Source: Escherichia coli
Lineage (GTDB): Bacteria > Pseudomonadota > Gammaproteobacteria > Enterobacterales > Enterobacteriaceae
Reading direction: 5' to 3' (one strand)
Length of the DNA: 64,000 nt
Assembly (NCBI RefSeq): GCF_001677475.2
Contig: NZ_CP015229.1
Of this stretch, positions 31,928 through 44,262 are shown in pieces; position 1 is the stretch's first letter; every line of letters begins with the position of its first letter. Both the position numbers and the translations under genes were made by a program. The notes under the pieces were generated by a model. That model worked only from the letters and a program-made list of their open reading frames with translations. It was not told the origin of the DNA and did no database searches.

Positions 31928-33193
31928 TTACTGTTTTAATGGATTATTAATCTTTGCATATTCAAATGGACTGATAAATCTTTCTCTGTTTGCATCCAGA
32001 AAATCGGCCCACCATTGTAGCATCAAGCGGCGTTCTTCCAGATGTTCTGCTTTATGAATGTAAGCAGCACGTACACCGTTACGTTCCTGATGGCTCATCT
32101 GACGTTCAACAGCATCGCGGGACCACAAACCTGATTCTATTAACGCACTACATGCCATCGCCCGGAACCCATGACCACAGACATCCCGGGTTGTGTCATA
32201 CCCCATAACCCTCAGGGCTTTATTTACGGTGTTTTCACTGATTGGTTTACGTGGGTCATGTGCTCCCGTAAAGATCAGACCATTTTCACCAGCCCATGTC
32301 TGAAGTTCTGCCAGTATGGCTACAGCCTGTTTGCTGAGTGGCACAAGATGTGGTGTTCGCATCTTGGATCCCCGGTGTGAGAATTTTACGCCTGGCAGAG
32401 GTTCGCGCTCAGCTGGAATAGTCCACATGGCATTGTCAATATCAATTTCCGACCAGCGGGCATATCTGAGTTCACTGGAACGAATAAAAACCAGTAAATT
32501 CAGCATAACTGCCAGTTGGGTGACAGGCTGGCCTTTATAACCGTCAATACGCGACAGAAGTTCAGGCAGGCGTGAAAGATCCAGAGCAGGGCGGTGCTGG
32601 CGTTTTACCGTGGTCAATGCACCAGCCATATCCAGAGCCGGGTTATATCTGATGATGCCAGACTGTACGGCATAACGCATTACAGCAGATATTCTTTGCT
32701 GCAGACGACTGGCGATTTCATAAATTTGTTTAGCTTCTGCAGCACGAACAGGGATAAGCAGGTCCGGGGTACTGAGTGTTGTGATATCCCGGTTGCCGAT
32801 AAAGGGGAAAACGTGTGTCTCGAGGCTTTTGAGTACTTTATCGCTGTGTGATTGTGCCCATTGTTTATTACTGACATGCCAGCGTCGTGCAATATGTTCA
32901 AAAGAGAGTTGTAAATCAGGGACTACTTTTTTAGCTCTTTTCTGTTCGCAAGGGTCAATCCCCTCCGAAATCAGTTTTCGGGCCTCATCCCGTTTTGTAC
33001 GAGCTTCGGAGAGAGAAACTTCCGGATACACACCAAGTGCCAGAGTCTTCTCCTTACCCAGAATACGATAACGGAGACGCCAGTAACGGGAACCATTGGG
33101 ATGTACCAGCAGGAACATGCCAGCCCCGTCAGTGAGTTTATAAGCCTTGTCAGTGGGCTTTGCAGCCCGGATTTTTGCGTCAGTCAGTGCCAT
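31928..33193 (-). CDS. P4-type tyrosine integrase
   Basis: 421 aa, MALTDAKIRAAKPTDKAYKLTDG... typical of P4-like integrases; adjacent to the pheV 3' end. Confidence 0.9.
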   Translation of the reverse strand: MALTDAKIRAAKPTDKAYKLTDGAGMFLLVHPNGSRYWRLRYRILGKEKTLALGVYPEVSLSEARTKRDEARKLISEGIDPCEQKRAKKVVPDLQLSFEHIARRWHVSNKQWAQSHSDKVLKSLETHVFPFIGNRDITTLSTPDLLIPVRAAEAKQIYEIASRLQQRISAVMRYAVQSGIIRYNPALDMAGALTTVKRQHRPALDLSRLPELLSRIDGYKGQPVTQLAVMLNLLVFIRSSELRYARWSEIDIDNAMWTIPAEREPLPGVKFSHRGSKMRTPHLVPLSKQAVAILAELQTWAGENGLIFTGAHDPRKPISENTVNKALRVMGYDTTRDVCGHGFRAMACSALIESGLWSRDAVERQMSHQERNGVRAAYIHKAEHLEERRLMLQWWADFLDANRERFISPFEYAKINNPLKQ

Positions 33194-33347
33194 AGTTCAG
33201 CCTTCTGAATGCGTTAAAGAGGGTACAAATTCTGTCGAACTGGGGTATACCCGCAATTATACCCACACAATGGGGTTGATGTGGGGGGAATCTGGTTGAG
33301 TTCGGTAGAATTGATTTGGAGGAAGAACACTTAAATCATGGTGTTCT

Positions 33348-33381
33348 GAAACGAAAAACGGACCTCCGTGGAGGTCCGTTG
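33348..33381 (-). terminator. terminator downstream of pheV
   Basis: Hairpin GGACCTCCACGGAGGTCC followed by a T-run on the minus strand. Confidence 0.6.
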
Positions 33382-33390
33382 ATATGAATT

Positions 33391-33466
33391 TGGTGCCCGG
33401 ACTCGGAATCGAACCAAGGACACGGGGATTTTCAATCCCCTGCTCTACCGACTGAGCTATCCGGGC
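33391..33466 (-). tRNA. pheV: tRNA-Phe (GAA anticodon)
   Basis: Reverse complement reads GCCCGGATAGCTCAGTCGGTAGAGCAGGGGATTGAAAATCCCCGTGTCCTTGGTTCGATTCCGAGTCCGGGCACCA. Confidence 0.95.
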
Positions 33467-33571
33467 AACGGGGCGCATTAAACCTGATTCGCCTCGTCTC
33501 GTCAATCAAATTTCTTCAATTTAGTGCAGACTGCACAATCTATCATCACTTTGCCGCTATTGCACGCATTT

Positions 33572-34300
33572 TCAGGCAAACCAGGCGGTCCAGGCGGCGG
33601 AAAGCGGCATTGCCAGAAGGAGTGCTGGAAGCATGTTGACCACCGGGAACATTTTAATGCCACAGATGCGTAATCCGGTTGCCAGCAGCAATAAACCGCC
33701 TACGGCGCTGAAGTCTGCCATCATCGACGGTGTGGTCAGCGGTAATATCAGCGCGGCAGCCCACGCCAGCGTTAACTGGATGATCAGTAATGGGATACTA
33801 ATTACCGACACCGCAATACCCAACGAGCAGGCGAAGATCATCGCCGTAAAGAAATCGAGAAATGACTTGGCGATTAAAATACTCGGATCGCCGGTCATCC
33901 CTTCGTTCATCGCCCCGAAGATCCCGGTGCCGCTGGCGCAAAACAGGACAATAATCGCGACATAATTCTGAATAAAAGATTCATGCGCTGGCTTCTTACG
34001 TGAGTGGCGAAACAGATTTTGTGCTTTGGTGACCGCGGTATTGACGCCTTTTTCCAGCAGACAAATTTCGCCGATTAATGCACCGAGTAAGGTTGCTAAC
34101 ACCATCGCAGGAAGGTTGGCGCATTTCACCACCAGTAAAATACCAATCCCCAGCGATGCCAGACCAAAAATTGATGTCATGGAGACGCGGATACGTTCCG
34201 GTAAGCGTTGGCTAAGGAGTGCACCGAGAACGCCACCCAGTAATACTGCACTTGCGTTGATAAAAGGACCGATGACCACAAGAGTTCCTGTTAGCTGCAT
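33572..34300 (-). CDS. yqgA: DUF554 family inner membrane protein
   Basis: Hydrophobic 242-codon ORF next to pheV as in the K-12 arrangement. Confidence 0.8.
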   Translation of the reverse strand: MQLTGTLVVIGPFINASAVLLGGVLGALLSQRLPERIRVSMTSIFGLASLGIGILLVVKCANLPAMVLATLLGALIGEICLLEKGVNTAVTKAQNLFRHSRKKPAHESFIQNYVAIIVLFCASGTGIFGAMNEGMTGDPSILIAKSFLDFFTAMIFACSLGIAVSVISIPLLIIQLTLAWAAALILPLTTPSMMADFSAVGGLLLLATGLRICGIKMFPVVNMLPALLLAMPLSAAWTAWFA

Positions 34301-34676
34301 TATCTGATTTTCTTATTATGAACGTTTGGCACCTTCGATGGCTTGTTTGTTCGCAAAGTCCTGGCTTGCACGCTTTAGCGAAAGGTGCCATGATTGCGCG
34401 AATTTTCTCCTCTCTGTACGGAGTTTGCCCGATGCACGCCATCTCCTTACATTCTCTCGCTTATCGCCGTTTCGCGCGAAACTCTTCTCTTTTTATGCTA
34501 CTGCTTATGCGGTGAAGTTAACGCACGTTCACTGCAGGACAACAGTAAAATCAGAGCATTTCTGCTTTTACTGATGTCTGGCGGTCGGAGCTGGTGACCA
34601 GTTTGACCCATATCTCATGGGGCAGGGTTTTCCACCTTGTCCGGTATTCTTACTTCCCCGAAACGGGTTTGCGCTT

Positions 34677-36812
34677 ATGAAATCAATGAATATTGCCGCC
34701 AGTAGTGAACTGGTATCCCGACTTTCTACTCATCGCCGCGTGGTGGCGTTGGGAGATACTGATTTTACGGACGTCGCGGCAGTCGTCATTACCGCTGCGG
34801 ATAGTCGCAGTGGCATTCTTGCGTTGCTTAAGCGCACCGGTTTTCATCTACCGGTGTTTTTGTATTCCGAACATGCTGTTGAATTACCTGCGGGCGTTAC
34901 GGCGGTAATCAATGGCAACGAGCAGCAGTGGCTGGAGTTGGAATCCGCAGCCTGTCAGTATGAAGAGAATTTGCTGCCACCGTTTTATGACACGCTGACG
35001 CAGTACGTTGAGATGGGCAACAGCACTTTTGCTTGCCCTGGGCATCAACATGGTGCGTTCTTTAAAAAGCATCCTGCCGGACGCCATTTTTACGATTTCT
35101 TTGGTGAGAACGTCTTTCGCGCCGATATGTGTAATGCTGACGTAAAATTGGGCGATCTGCTTATTCATGAAGGATCGGCGAAGGATGCGCAGAAATTCGC
35201 AGCCAAAGTCTTTCATGCCGATAAAACCTATTTTGTCCTGAACGGCACATCGGCAGCGAATAAAGTGGTGACGAATGCGCTGTTAACGCGTGGCGATCTG
35301 GTGCTCTTCGACCGTAACAACCATAAGTCGAATCATCACGGCGCGCTGATTCAGGCGGGGGCGACGCCGGTCTATCTGGAAGCTTCACGTAACCCGTTTG
35401 GTTTCATTGGCGGTATTGATGCGCACTGTTTTAATGAAGAGTATCTGCGCCAGCAAATTCGCGACGTTGCGCCAGAAAAAGCCGAGCTGCCCCGCCCGTT
35501 TCGCCTGGCGATTATTCAGCTGGGAACCTATGACGGCACTGTCTATAACGCCCGCCAGGTGATCGATACCGTTGGGCATCTGTGTGATTACATTCTGTTT
35601 GATTCCGCATGGGTCGGTTACGAACAGTTTATCCCGATGATGGCGGATAGCTCGCCGCTGCTGTTAGAACTTAACGAAAACGATCCGGGGATCTTTGTGA
35701 CTCAGTCGGTGCACAAACAGCAGGCGGGATTCTCACAGACGTCGCAGATCCATAAAAAAGATAACCATATCCGCGGACAGGCGCGTTTTTGCCCGCATAA
35801 GCGGTTAAATAATGCCTTTATGCTCCATGCTTCTACCAGCCCGTTCTACCCGCTGTTTGCCGCGCTGGACGTTAACGCCAAAATTCATGAAGGGGAGAGT
35901 GGGCGTCGGCTGTGGGCTGAGTGCGTTGAGATAGGGATTGAAGCGCGCAAGGCGATTCTTGAGCACTGTAAGCTGTTCCGCCCGTTTATCCCGCCCATTG
36001 TTGATGGCAAATTGTGGCAGGATTATCCGACATCAGTGTTAGCCAGCGACCGTCGTTTTTTCAGTTTTGAGCCGGGGGCGAAGTGGCACGGCTTTGAAGG
36101 ATATGCCGCGGATCAGTATTTTGTTGATCCGTGCAAGCTGTTACTCACTACACCAGGTATCAATGCCGAAACTGGCGAATATAGCGACTTTGGCGTTCCG
36201 GCGACGATTCTGGCGCACTATCTGCGTGAGAACGGCATTGTGCCGGAGAAGTGCGATCTCAACTCCATTCTGTTCTTATTAACTCCGGCGGAAAGCCACG
36301 AGAAGCTGGCACAACTGGTGGCGATGCTGGCGCAGTTTGAACAGCATATTGAGGATGACTCGCCGCTGGCTGAGGTGTTGCCGAGCGTTTATAACAAATA
36401 TCCGGTGCGCTATCGCGACTACACCCTGCGCCAGTTGTGTCAGGAGATGCACGATCTGTATGTCAGTTTCGACGTCAAAGACCTACAAAAAGCGATGTTC
36501 CGCCAGCAGAGTTTCCCGTCAGTGGTGATGACCCCCCAGGACGCGCATAGCGCTTATATTCGCGGTGAAGTGGAGTTGGTGCGGATTCGTGATGCCGAAG
36601 GGCGAATTGCGGCAGAAGGGGCGTTGCCTTATCCACCAGGCGTGCTTTGCGTGGTACCCGGAGAAGTCTGGGGTGGGGCGGTTCAACGTTATTTCCTTGC
36701 GCTGGAAGAAGGGGTGAATTTGTTGCCGGGATTTTCGCCGGAGCTGCAAGGTGTCTATAGCGAAACCGATGCAGATGGCATGAAACGATTGTACGGTTAT
36801 GTGTTGAAGTAA
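34677..36812 (+). CDS. speC: ornithine decarboxylase (constitutive)
   Basis: Translation MKSMNIAASSELVSRLSTHRRVVALGDTDF...; fold-I PLP decarboxylase; start at internal ATG. Confidence 0.93.
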   Translation: MKSMNIAASSELVSRLSTHRRVVALGDTDFTDVAAVVITAADSRSGILALLKRTGFHLPVFLYSEHAVELPAGVTAVINGNEQQWLELESAACQYEENLLPPFYDTLTQYVEMGNSTFACPGHQHGAFFKKHPAGRHFYDFFGENVFRADMCNADVKLGDLLIHEGSAKDAQKFAAKVFHADKTYFVLNGTSAANKVVTNALLTRGDLVLFDRNNHKSNHHGALIQAGATPVYLEASRNPFGFIGGIDAHCFNEEYLRQQIRDVAPEKAELPRPFRLAIIQLGTYDGTVYNARQVIDTVGHLCDYILFDSAWVGYEQFIPMMADSSPLLLELNENDPGIFVTQSVHKQQAGFSQTSQIHKKDNHIRGQARFCPHKRLNNAFMLHASTSPFYPLFAALDVNAKIHEGESGRRLWAECVEIGIEARKAILEHCKLFRPFIPPIVDGKLWQDYPTSVLASDRRFFSFEPGAKWHGFEGYAADQYFVDPCKLLLTTPGINAETGEYSDFGVPATILAHYLRENGIVPEKCDLNSILFLLTPAESHEKLAQLVAMLAQFEQHIEDDSPLAEVLPSVYNKYPVRYRDYTLRQLCQEMHDLYVSFDVKDLQKAMFRQQSFPSVVMTPQDAHSAYIRGEVELVRIRDAEGRIAAEGALPYPPGVLCVVPGEVWGGAVQRYFLALEEGVNLLPGFSPELQGVYSETDADGMKRLYGYVLK

Positions 36813-36814
36813 GA

Positions 36815-36850
36815 AAAAAACGGGTCACCTTCTGGCGACCCGTTTTTCTT
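36815..36850. terminator. bidirectional terminator between convergent speC and nupG
   Basis: A-run, hairpin AACGGGTCACC...GGCGACCCGTT, T-run. Confidence 0.7.
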
Positions 36851-36857
36851 TGCGTAA

Positions 36858-38114
36858 TTAGTGGCTCACCGTCTGTGTGCCTGTCGGGACACGAACGTGT
36901 TTATATTTGAACATCGCCATGAACGCGAAGGCCAGAACCACGGAGTAACCAGCGAAAATCAACCATACGGTCTGCCAGTCGGTAATGCCGTTTTGGGTGT
37001 ACATCTCAACAACTTTACCGCTCACGATGCCGCCAAGGATACAGCCGAAGCCGTTAGTCATCATCAGGAACATCCCCTGCGCACTGGCGCGAATTGCCGG
37101 GCTAACTTCTTTTTCGACAAACACCGAACCAGAGATGTTGAAGAAGTCGAATGCGCAACCGTAAACGATCATCGACAGTACCAGCAGCACGGTACCGAAC
37201 GGAGTCGGGTCGCCGTAAGCAAACAGCGCAAAACGCAGGATCCACGCCACAATACTGATCATCATTACGTTCTTAATACCGTAGCGGCTTAAGAAGAACG
37301 GGATAGTCAGAATGAACAGGGTTTCAGAGATCTGCGAAATCGACATGATGATTGACGCATGCTGCACGATGAAGCTGCTGGCAAACATCGGATCTTTGTC
37401 GAAGCTGTGCAGGAAGGTGTTACCGAACATGTTGGTAATCTGCAGTTCCGCGCCCAGCAGCATTGAGAAGATGAAGAAGATTGCCATACGTTTGTTTTTA
37501 AACAGCGCGAATGCATCGAGGCCCAGCAGGGTTGTCCAGCTCTGATTCGCTTGCTGTTTAGCAACCGGAATATGCGGCAGAGTCAGGGTAAACAGAACCA
37601 GAATGGCGGAAAGCGCTGCGCCAATATACAGCTGCATGTGGCTTAATTCGAAGCCAGACAGGCTCACCACCCACATTGCCATGATAAAGCCGATGGTGCC
37701 CCAGATACGAATTGGCGGGAAGTCAGTAACGATATCCATCCCGGCATTTTGCAGGCGATAGTAAGAGATGGTGTTGATTAACCCAAGCGTTGGCATATAA
37801 GCAAACGAGTTAATCAATATCACAAGGAACATCGCCTCCGGCGTAGTGACCTCTGCCGCCATGAACAGCGTGATAGCGCCAATGGTGTGGCAAATGGCAT
37901 AGACCCATTTCGCACTTAACCATTTGTCGGCCACAATCCCCAGCAGCGCAGGCATAAAGACCGCGGCGATACCCAGTGAGCTATAAACTGCGCCGATAGA
38001 AGCACCGTCAAACTTCAGGGTAACAAACATATAGGAGCCGAGGGTCGTCAGCCAACTTCCCCACAGACAGAACTGCAGAAAAGAGAGGATTTTCAGCTGC
38101 AGCTTAAGATTCAT
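36858..38114 (-). CDS. nupG: nucleoside:H+ symporter
   Basis: Translation MNLKLQLKILSFLQFCLWGSWLTTLGSYMF...; start at internal ATG. Confidence 0.93.
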   Translation of the reverse strand: MNLKLQLKILSFLQFCLWGSWLTTLGSYMFVTLKFDGASIGAVYSSLGIAAVFMPALLGIVADKWLSAKWVYAICHTIGAITLFMAAEVTTPEAMFLVILINSFAYMPTLGLINTISYYRLQNAGMDIVTDFPPIRIWGTIGFIMAMWVVSLSGFELSHMQLYIGAALSAILVLFTLTLPHIPVAKQQANQSWTTLLGLDAFALFKNKRMAIFFIFSMLLGAELQITNMFGNTFLHSFDKDPMFASSFIVQHASIIMSISQISETLFILTIPFFLSRYGIKNVMMISIVAWILRFALFAYGDPTPFGTVLLVLSMIVYGCAFDFFNISGSVFVEKEVSPAIRASAQGMFLMMTNGFGCILGGIVSGKVVEMYTQNGITDWQTVWLIFAGYSVVLAFAFMAMFKYKHVRVPTGTQTVSH

Positions 38115-38315
38115 GTTAATTTCCTCACATCGTGATGCGGATGAGTGTTTGAAAAAGCACATTTGACCGTGCGAGATGATGCGATTCTATCAATTTCGCG
38201 GACTGGTTTTTTGTTACCTGCGGCAAATAATTGCAAACATTCCCAATTTGCAAAACGAAATTGTGATGTGGATAACATTTTTGCCCCTGAGCATCGTCAG
38301 GGGCGGTTAGTGGAA

Positions 38316-39422
<1,107 letters not shown>

Positions 39423-39459
39423 TTATGCAAGTTGCCGGAGGCGTGCTCCGGCACTGTTT

Positions 39460-39738
<279 letters not shown>

Positions 39739-39762
39739 TCATCCTCTTTATCGACTCACGCG

Positions 39763-40815
39763 CTAAACCGGCGCGCCAGTGCGTAACTGCTGTAACAAAC
39801 GCTCCACGGGAGCCGCCAGGCCAACTGACGGCGGTTGCGCTAAGTTATACCAGAGCGCATTGCCTTCATCCATGCAGCCGGTGAATGACGACACGGGAAG
39901 CCACATAGGCACAATATCTAAGTGGAAATGGCTGAAGGTATGCCGAAACGCGGTCAGTTGCGTCAGGTTATCGGCAGCAATCTGCCGTTGCGCCAGCCAT
40001 AGTCGCAAACTTTCTTCATTGGCAAACTGCGGGAAACAGTATAAACCGCCCCACAATCCACTCGGCGGGCGCTGCGCCAGCAATACCTCATCATCATGCT
40101 GTAACAGTAAAAAGTAACCCGTGCGCTCCGGTAGCGTCTGCTTTGGTTTTTTGCCCGGATAAAGCGACCAGCTATTGTTGGCGGTGGCAATACATCCGTT
40201 TTGTAGCGGACAGAGCGAACATTTCGGCTTCGAGCGCGTACAAATCATCGCGCCCAAATCCATCATCGCCTGATTAAACCGTTCCACGCCGACCGCGGGC
40301 GTCATCTGCGCGCTCAAACTCCATAGTTTATTCTCGACCTCTTTTTTCCCAGGCCAGCCGCTTACAGCATAGCAGCGCGCCAGCACCCGTTTGACGTTAC
40401 CGTCGAGAATCGGAAAGTGCTTACCCAGAGAAAGCGAGAGAATCGCGCCTGCGGTGGAACGCCCGACGCCCGGTAACGCCGCGACTTCTTCAAAGGTTTC
40501 CGGGAATTTACCGCCGTGTAAGGTCGCCACTTGTTGTGCCGCTTTATGCAGATTGCGCGCGCGGGCGTAATAGCCAAGCCCGGTCCACAAGTGGAGAACT
40601 TCGTCGAGCGGCGCATTGGCGAGATCGGTCACCGTTGGGAAGCGCGCCATAAAGCGTTCAAAATAGGGGATAACGGTCGCAACCTGTGTTTGTTGCAACA
40701 TCACTTCTGAGAGCCATACTTTGTAGGGCGTCTTGTCAATTTGCCAGGGCAGCGTTTTCCGCCCGTATTTATCGTACCAGTCCAGAACCTGGGCTGAAAA
40801 TTGCGACGCTTGCAT
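39763..40815 (-). CDS. mutY: adenine DNA glycosylase
   Basis: Translation [25 protein letters not shown]...; HhH-GPD and CxxxxxxCxxC cluster; start at internal ATG. Confidence 0.9.
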   Translation of the reverse strand: MQASQFSAQVLDWYDKYGRKTLPWQIDKTPYKVWLSEVMLQQTQVATVIPYFERFMARFPTVTDLANAPLDEVLHLWTGLGYYARARNLHKAAQQVATLHGGKFPETFEEVAALPGVGRSTAGAILSLSLGKHFPILDGNVKRVLARCYAVSGWPGKKEVENKLWSLSAQMTPAVGVERFNQAMMDLGAMICTRSKPKCSLCPLQNGCIATANNSWSLYPGKKPKQTLPERTGYFLLLQHDDEVLLAQRPPSGLWGGLYCFPQFANEESLRLWLAQRQIAADNLTQLTAFRHTFSHFHLDIVPMWLPVSSFTGCMDEGNALWYNLAQPPSVGLAAPVERLLQQLRTGAPV

Positions 40816-40975
40816 GGTCACCGAATTCACTGTTGTTGGGGGCAAGATTGCAGCACAGCGACGGCAGGGTGTAAACCGGAACTTTCCGCAGCCACGGCCT
40901 TATCATGCTTGCATCCGGCAACTAACTTTGGATAATGCCCGTTTTCAGAACACTTTCACAAGCGACTAAATCTTT

Positions 40976-41695
40976 ATGAAAAACGACGTCATTTCACCGG
41001 AATTTGATGAAAACGGCCGCCCACTGCGCCGTATCCGTAGTTTTGTGCGCCGCCAGGGGCGACTGACCAAAGGCCAGGAACATGCGCTGGAAAACTACTG
41101 GCCGGTGATGGGCGTTGAGTTCAGCGAAGATATGCTGGATTTCCCCGCGCTTTTTGGCCGTGAAGCGCCGGTGACGCTTGAGATTGGTTTTGGCATGGGG
41201 GCGTCGCTGGTGGCAATGGCTAAAGATCGCCCCGAGCAGGACTTCCTCGGCATTGAAGTGCATTCACCGGGCGTTGGTGCGTGCCTGGCTTCTGCGCATG
41301 AAGAGGGCTTAAGCAACCTGCGCGTGATGTGTCACGATGCGGTTGAAGTGCTGCATAAAATGATTCCTGACAATTCATTGCGCATGGTGCAGCTCTTTTT
41401 CCCTGACCCGTGGCACAAAGCGCGCCATAATAAACGCCGTATCGTTCAGGTGCCGTTTGCCGAACTGGTAAAAAGCAAACTGCAGCTGGGGGGCGTATTC
41501 CATATGGCGACCGACTGGGAACCTTATGCGGAACATATGCTTGAAGTGATGTCTTCTATTGACGGTTATAAAAACCTGTCAGAGAGCAATGATTACGTAC
41601 CGCGTCCGGCATCACGTCCGGTGACGAAATTTGAACAACGTGGTCATCGTCTTGGTCACGGAGTATGGGACTTAATGTTCGAGAGGGTGAAATAA
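40976..41695 (+). CDS. trmB: tRNA (guanine-N7)-methyltransferase
   Basis: 239 aa, [31 protein letters not shown]... Confidence 0.93.
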   Translation: MKNDVISPEFDENGRPLRRIRSFVRRQGRLTKGQEHALENYWPVMGVEFSEDMLDFPALFGREAPVTLEIGFGMGASLVAMAKDRPEQDFLGIEVHSPGVGACLASAHEEGLSNLRVMCHDAVEVLHKMIPDNSLRMVQLFFPDPWHKARHNKRRIVQVPFAELVKSKLQLGGVFHMATDWEPYAEHMLEVMSSIDGYKNLSESNDYVPRPASRPVTKFEQRGHRLGHGVWDLMFERVK

Positions 41696-42021
41696 TGGCA
41701 AAGAACCGTAGCCGTCGTCTGCGTAAAAAAATGCACATCGACGAATTCCAGGAATTAGGATTTTCGGTGGCATGGCGATTCCCGGAAGGTACATCGGAAG
41801 AACAGATTGATAAAACCGTTGATGATTTTATTAACGAGGTTATCGAACCGAACAAACTGGCCTTTGACGGCAGCGGCTATCTGGCCTGGGAAGGTCTGAT
41901 CTGTATGCAGGAAATCGGCAAATGCACCGAAGAACATCAGGCGATTGTGCGTAAGTGGCTGGAAGAGCGCAAACTGGATGAGGTACGCACCAGCGAACTT
42001 TTCGACGTTTGGTGGGACTAA
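41695..42021 (+). CDS. yggL: DUF469 protein
   Basis: Translation [23 protein letters not shown]...; start abutting the trmB stop. Confidence 0.85.
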   Translation: MAKNRSRRLRKKMHIDEFQELGFSVAWRFPEGTSEEQIDKTVDDFINEVIEPNKLAFDGSGYLAWEGLICMQEIGKCTEEHQAIVRKWLEERKLDEVRTSELFDVWWD

Positions 42022-42052
42022 GAAAGCATACGGGCGATGACAAATGCAAAAC

Positions 42053-42133
42053 TGCCTGATGCGCTACGCTTATCAGGCCTACAAAGATGCACGATCGAGT
42101 AGGCGGGATAAGGCGTTTACGCCGCATCCGGCA
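42053..42133. repeat. REP elements
   Basis: GCCTGATGCGCTACGCTTATCAGGCCTAC and GCGTTTACGCCGCATCCGGCA palindromic units. Confidence 0.6.
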
Positions 42134-42204
42134 TGGAAAACGCGTACTTTGTTATCAATCTGGGGCCAGCAAATGCTGGCCTGATTTGTTCTTGAGGGAA
42201 GACT

Positions 42205-42924
42205 ATGATGCGCAAAATGCTGCTGGCGGCAGCACTTTCAGTGACGGCAATGACCGCTCACGCCGACTACCAGTGCAGCGTCACGCCGCGTGACGATGTG
42301 ATTGTCAGCCCGCAAACCGTGCAGGTGAAGGGCGAAAACGGCAATCTGGTGATCACGCCAGACGGCAACGTGATGTATAACGGTAAGCAATATTCCCTGA
42401 ATGCCGCCCAGCGCGAGCAGGCGAAGGATTATCAGGCTGAACTACGTAGCACCCTGCCGTGGATTGATGAAGGCGCGAAAAGCCGCGTCGAGAAAGCCCG
42501 TATTGCGCTGGATAAAATTATCGTTCAGGAGATGGGCGAAAGCAGCAAAATGCGCAGCCGTCTGACCAAACTTGATGCGCAGCTGAAAGAGCAGATGAAC
42601 CGCATTATCGAAACGCGCAGCGATGGCCTGACGTTTCACTATAAAGCCATTGATCAGGTTCGCGCCGAAGGCCAGCAATTAGTGAATCAGGCAATGGGCG
42701 GAATTTTACAGGACAGCATTAATGAGATGGGCGCGAAAGCGGTGCTGAAAAGCGGCGGCAACCCATTACAGAATGTGCTGGGAAGCCTGGGGGGGCTGCA
42801 ATCCTCAATCCAAACCGAATGGAAAAAGCAGGAAAAAGATTTCCAGCAGTTTGGCAAAGATGTTTGTAGCCGCGTTGTGACTCTGGAAGATAGCCGCAAA
42901 GCCCTGGTCGGGAATTTAAAATAA
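42205..42924 (+). CDS. yggN: DUF2884 periplasmic protein
   Basis: 239 aa with signal peptide MMRKMLLAAALSVTAMTAHA; synteny. Confidence 0.85.
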   Translation: MMRKMLLAAALSVTAMTAHADYQCSVTPRDDVIVSPQTVQVKGENGNLVITPDGNVMYNGKQYSLNAAQREQAKDYQAELRSTLPWIDEGAKSRVEKARIALDKIIVQEMGESSKMRSRLTKLDAQLKEQMNRIIETRSDGLTFHYKAIDQVRAEGQQLVNQAMGGILQDSINEMGAKAVLKSGGNPLQNVLGSLGGLQSSIQTEWKKQEKDFQQFGKDVCSRVVTLEDSRKALVGNLK

Positions 42925-43099
42925 TCCTCTATTTTAAGACGGCATAATACTTTTTTATGCCGTTTAATTCTTCGTTTTGTTACCTGCCTCTAACTTTGTA
43001 GATCTCCAAAATATATTCACGTTGTAAATTGTTTAACGTCAAATTTCCCATACAAAGCTAAGGGATAATGCGTAGCGTTCACGTAACTGGAGGAATGAA

Positions 43100-44146
43100 A
43101 TGGAGTTTTTCAAAAAGACGGCACTTGCCGCACTGGTTATGGGTTTTAGTGGTGCAGCATTGGCATTACCCAATATCACCATTTTAGCAACCGGCGGGAC
43201 CATTGCCGGTGGTGGTGACTCCGCAACCAAATCTAACTACACAGCGGGTAAAGTTGGCGTAGAAAATCTGGTTAATGCGGTGCCGCAACTGAAGGACATT
43301 GCGAATGTTAAAGGCGAGCAGGTTGTGAATATCGGCTCCCAGGACATGAACGATAATGTCTGGCTGACACTGGCGAAAAAAATTAACACCGACTGCGATA
43401 AAACCGACGGCTTCGTCATTACCCACGGTACCGACACGATGGAAGAAACCGCTTACTTCCTCGACCTGACGGTGAAATGTGACAAACCGGTGGTGATGGT
43501 CGGCGCAATGCGCCCGTCCACGTCTATGAGCGCAGACGGTCCATTCAACCTGTATAACGCGGTAGTGACCGCAGCTGATAAAGCCTCTGCTAATCGTGGC
43601 GTGCTGGTAGTGATGAACGACACCGTACTGGACGGTCGCGACGTCACCAAAACCAACACCACCGACGTAGCGACCTTTAAGTCTGTTAACTACGGTCCTC
43701 TGGGTTACATTCACAACGGTAAGATTGACTACCAACGTACCCCGGCACGTAAGCACACCAGCGACACGCCGTTCGATGTCTCTAAGCTGAATGAACTGCC
43801 GAAAGTCGGCATTGTTTATAACTACGCTAACGCATCCGATCTTCCGGCTAAAGCACTGGTAGATGCGGGCTATGATGGCATCGTTAGCGCTGGCGTGGGT
43901 AACGGCAACCTGTATAAAACCGTGTTCGATACTCTGGCGACCGCCGCGAAAAACGGCACTGCGGTAGTGCGTTCTTCCCGCGTACCGACGGGCGCTACCA
44001 CTCAGGATGCCGAAGTGGATGATGCGAAATACGGCTTCGTCGCCTCTGGCACGCTGAATCCGCAAAAAGCGCGCGTTCTGCTGCAACTGGCTCTGACGCA
44101 AACCAAAGATCCGCAGCAGATCCAGCAGATCTTCAATCAGTACTAA
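43100..44146 (+). CDS. ansB: periplasmic L-asparaginase II
   Basis: 348 aa, MEFFKKTALAALVMGFSGAALALPNITILATGGTIAGGG... Confidence 0.95.
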   Translation: MEFFKKTALAALVMGFSGAALALPNITILATGGTIAGGGDSATKSNYTAGKVGVENLVNAVPQLKDIANVKGEQVVNIGSQDMNDNVWLTLAKKINTDCDKTDGFVITHGTDTMEETAYFLDLTVKCDKPVVMVGAMRPSTSMSADGPFNLYNAVVTAADKASANRGVLVVMNDTVLDGRDVTKTNTTDVATFKSVNYGPLGYIHNGKIDYQRTPARKHTSDTPFDVSKLNELPKVGIVYNYANASDLPAKALVDAGYDGIVSAGVGNGNLYKTVFDTLATAAKNGTAVVRSSRVPTGATTQDAEVDDAKYGFVASGTLNPQKARVLLQLALTQTKDPQQIQQIFNQY

Positions 44147-44262
44147 TCACCTCGCCCCGGTAACGTGCCGGGGCTTTTTCACTTCAGACTTACGTCCATT
44201 GCCAATTTTCATTACCCTAGTGATAATCACATGAATAAATTATTCCGCGCGAGGGTTTTCGG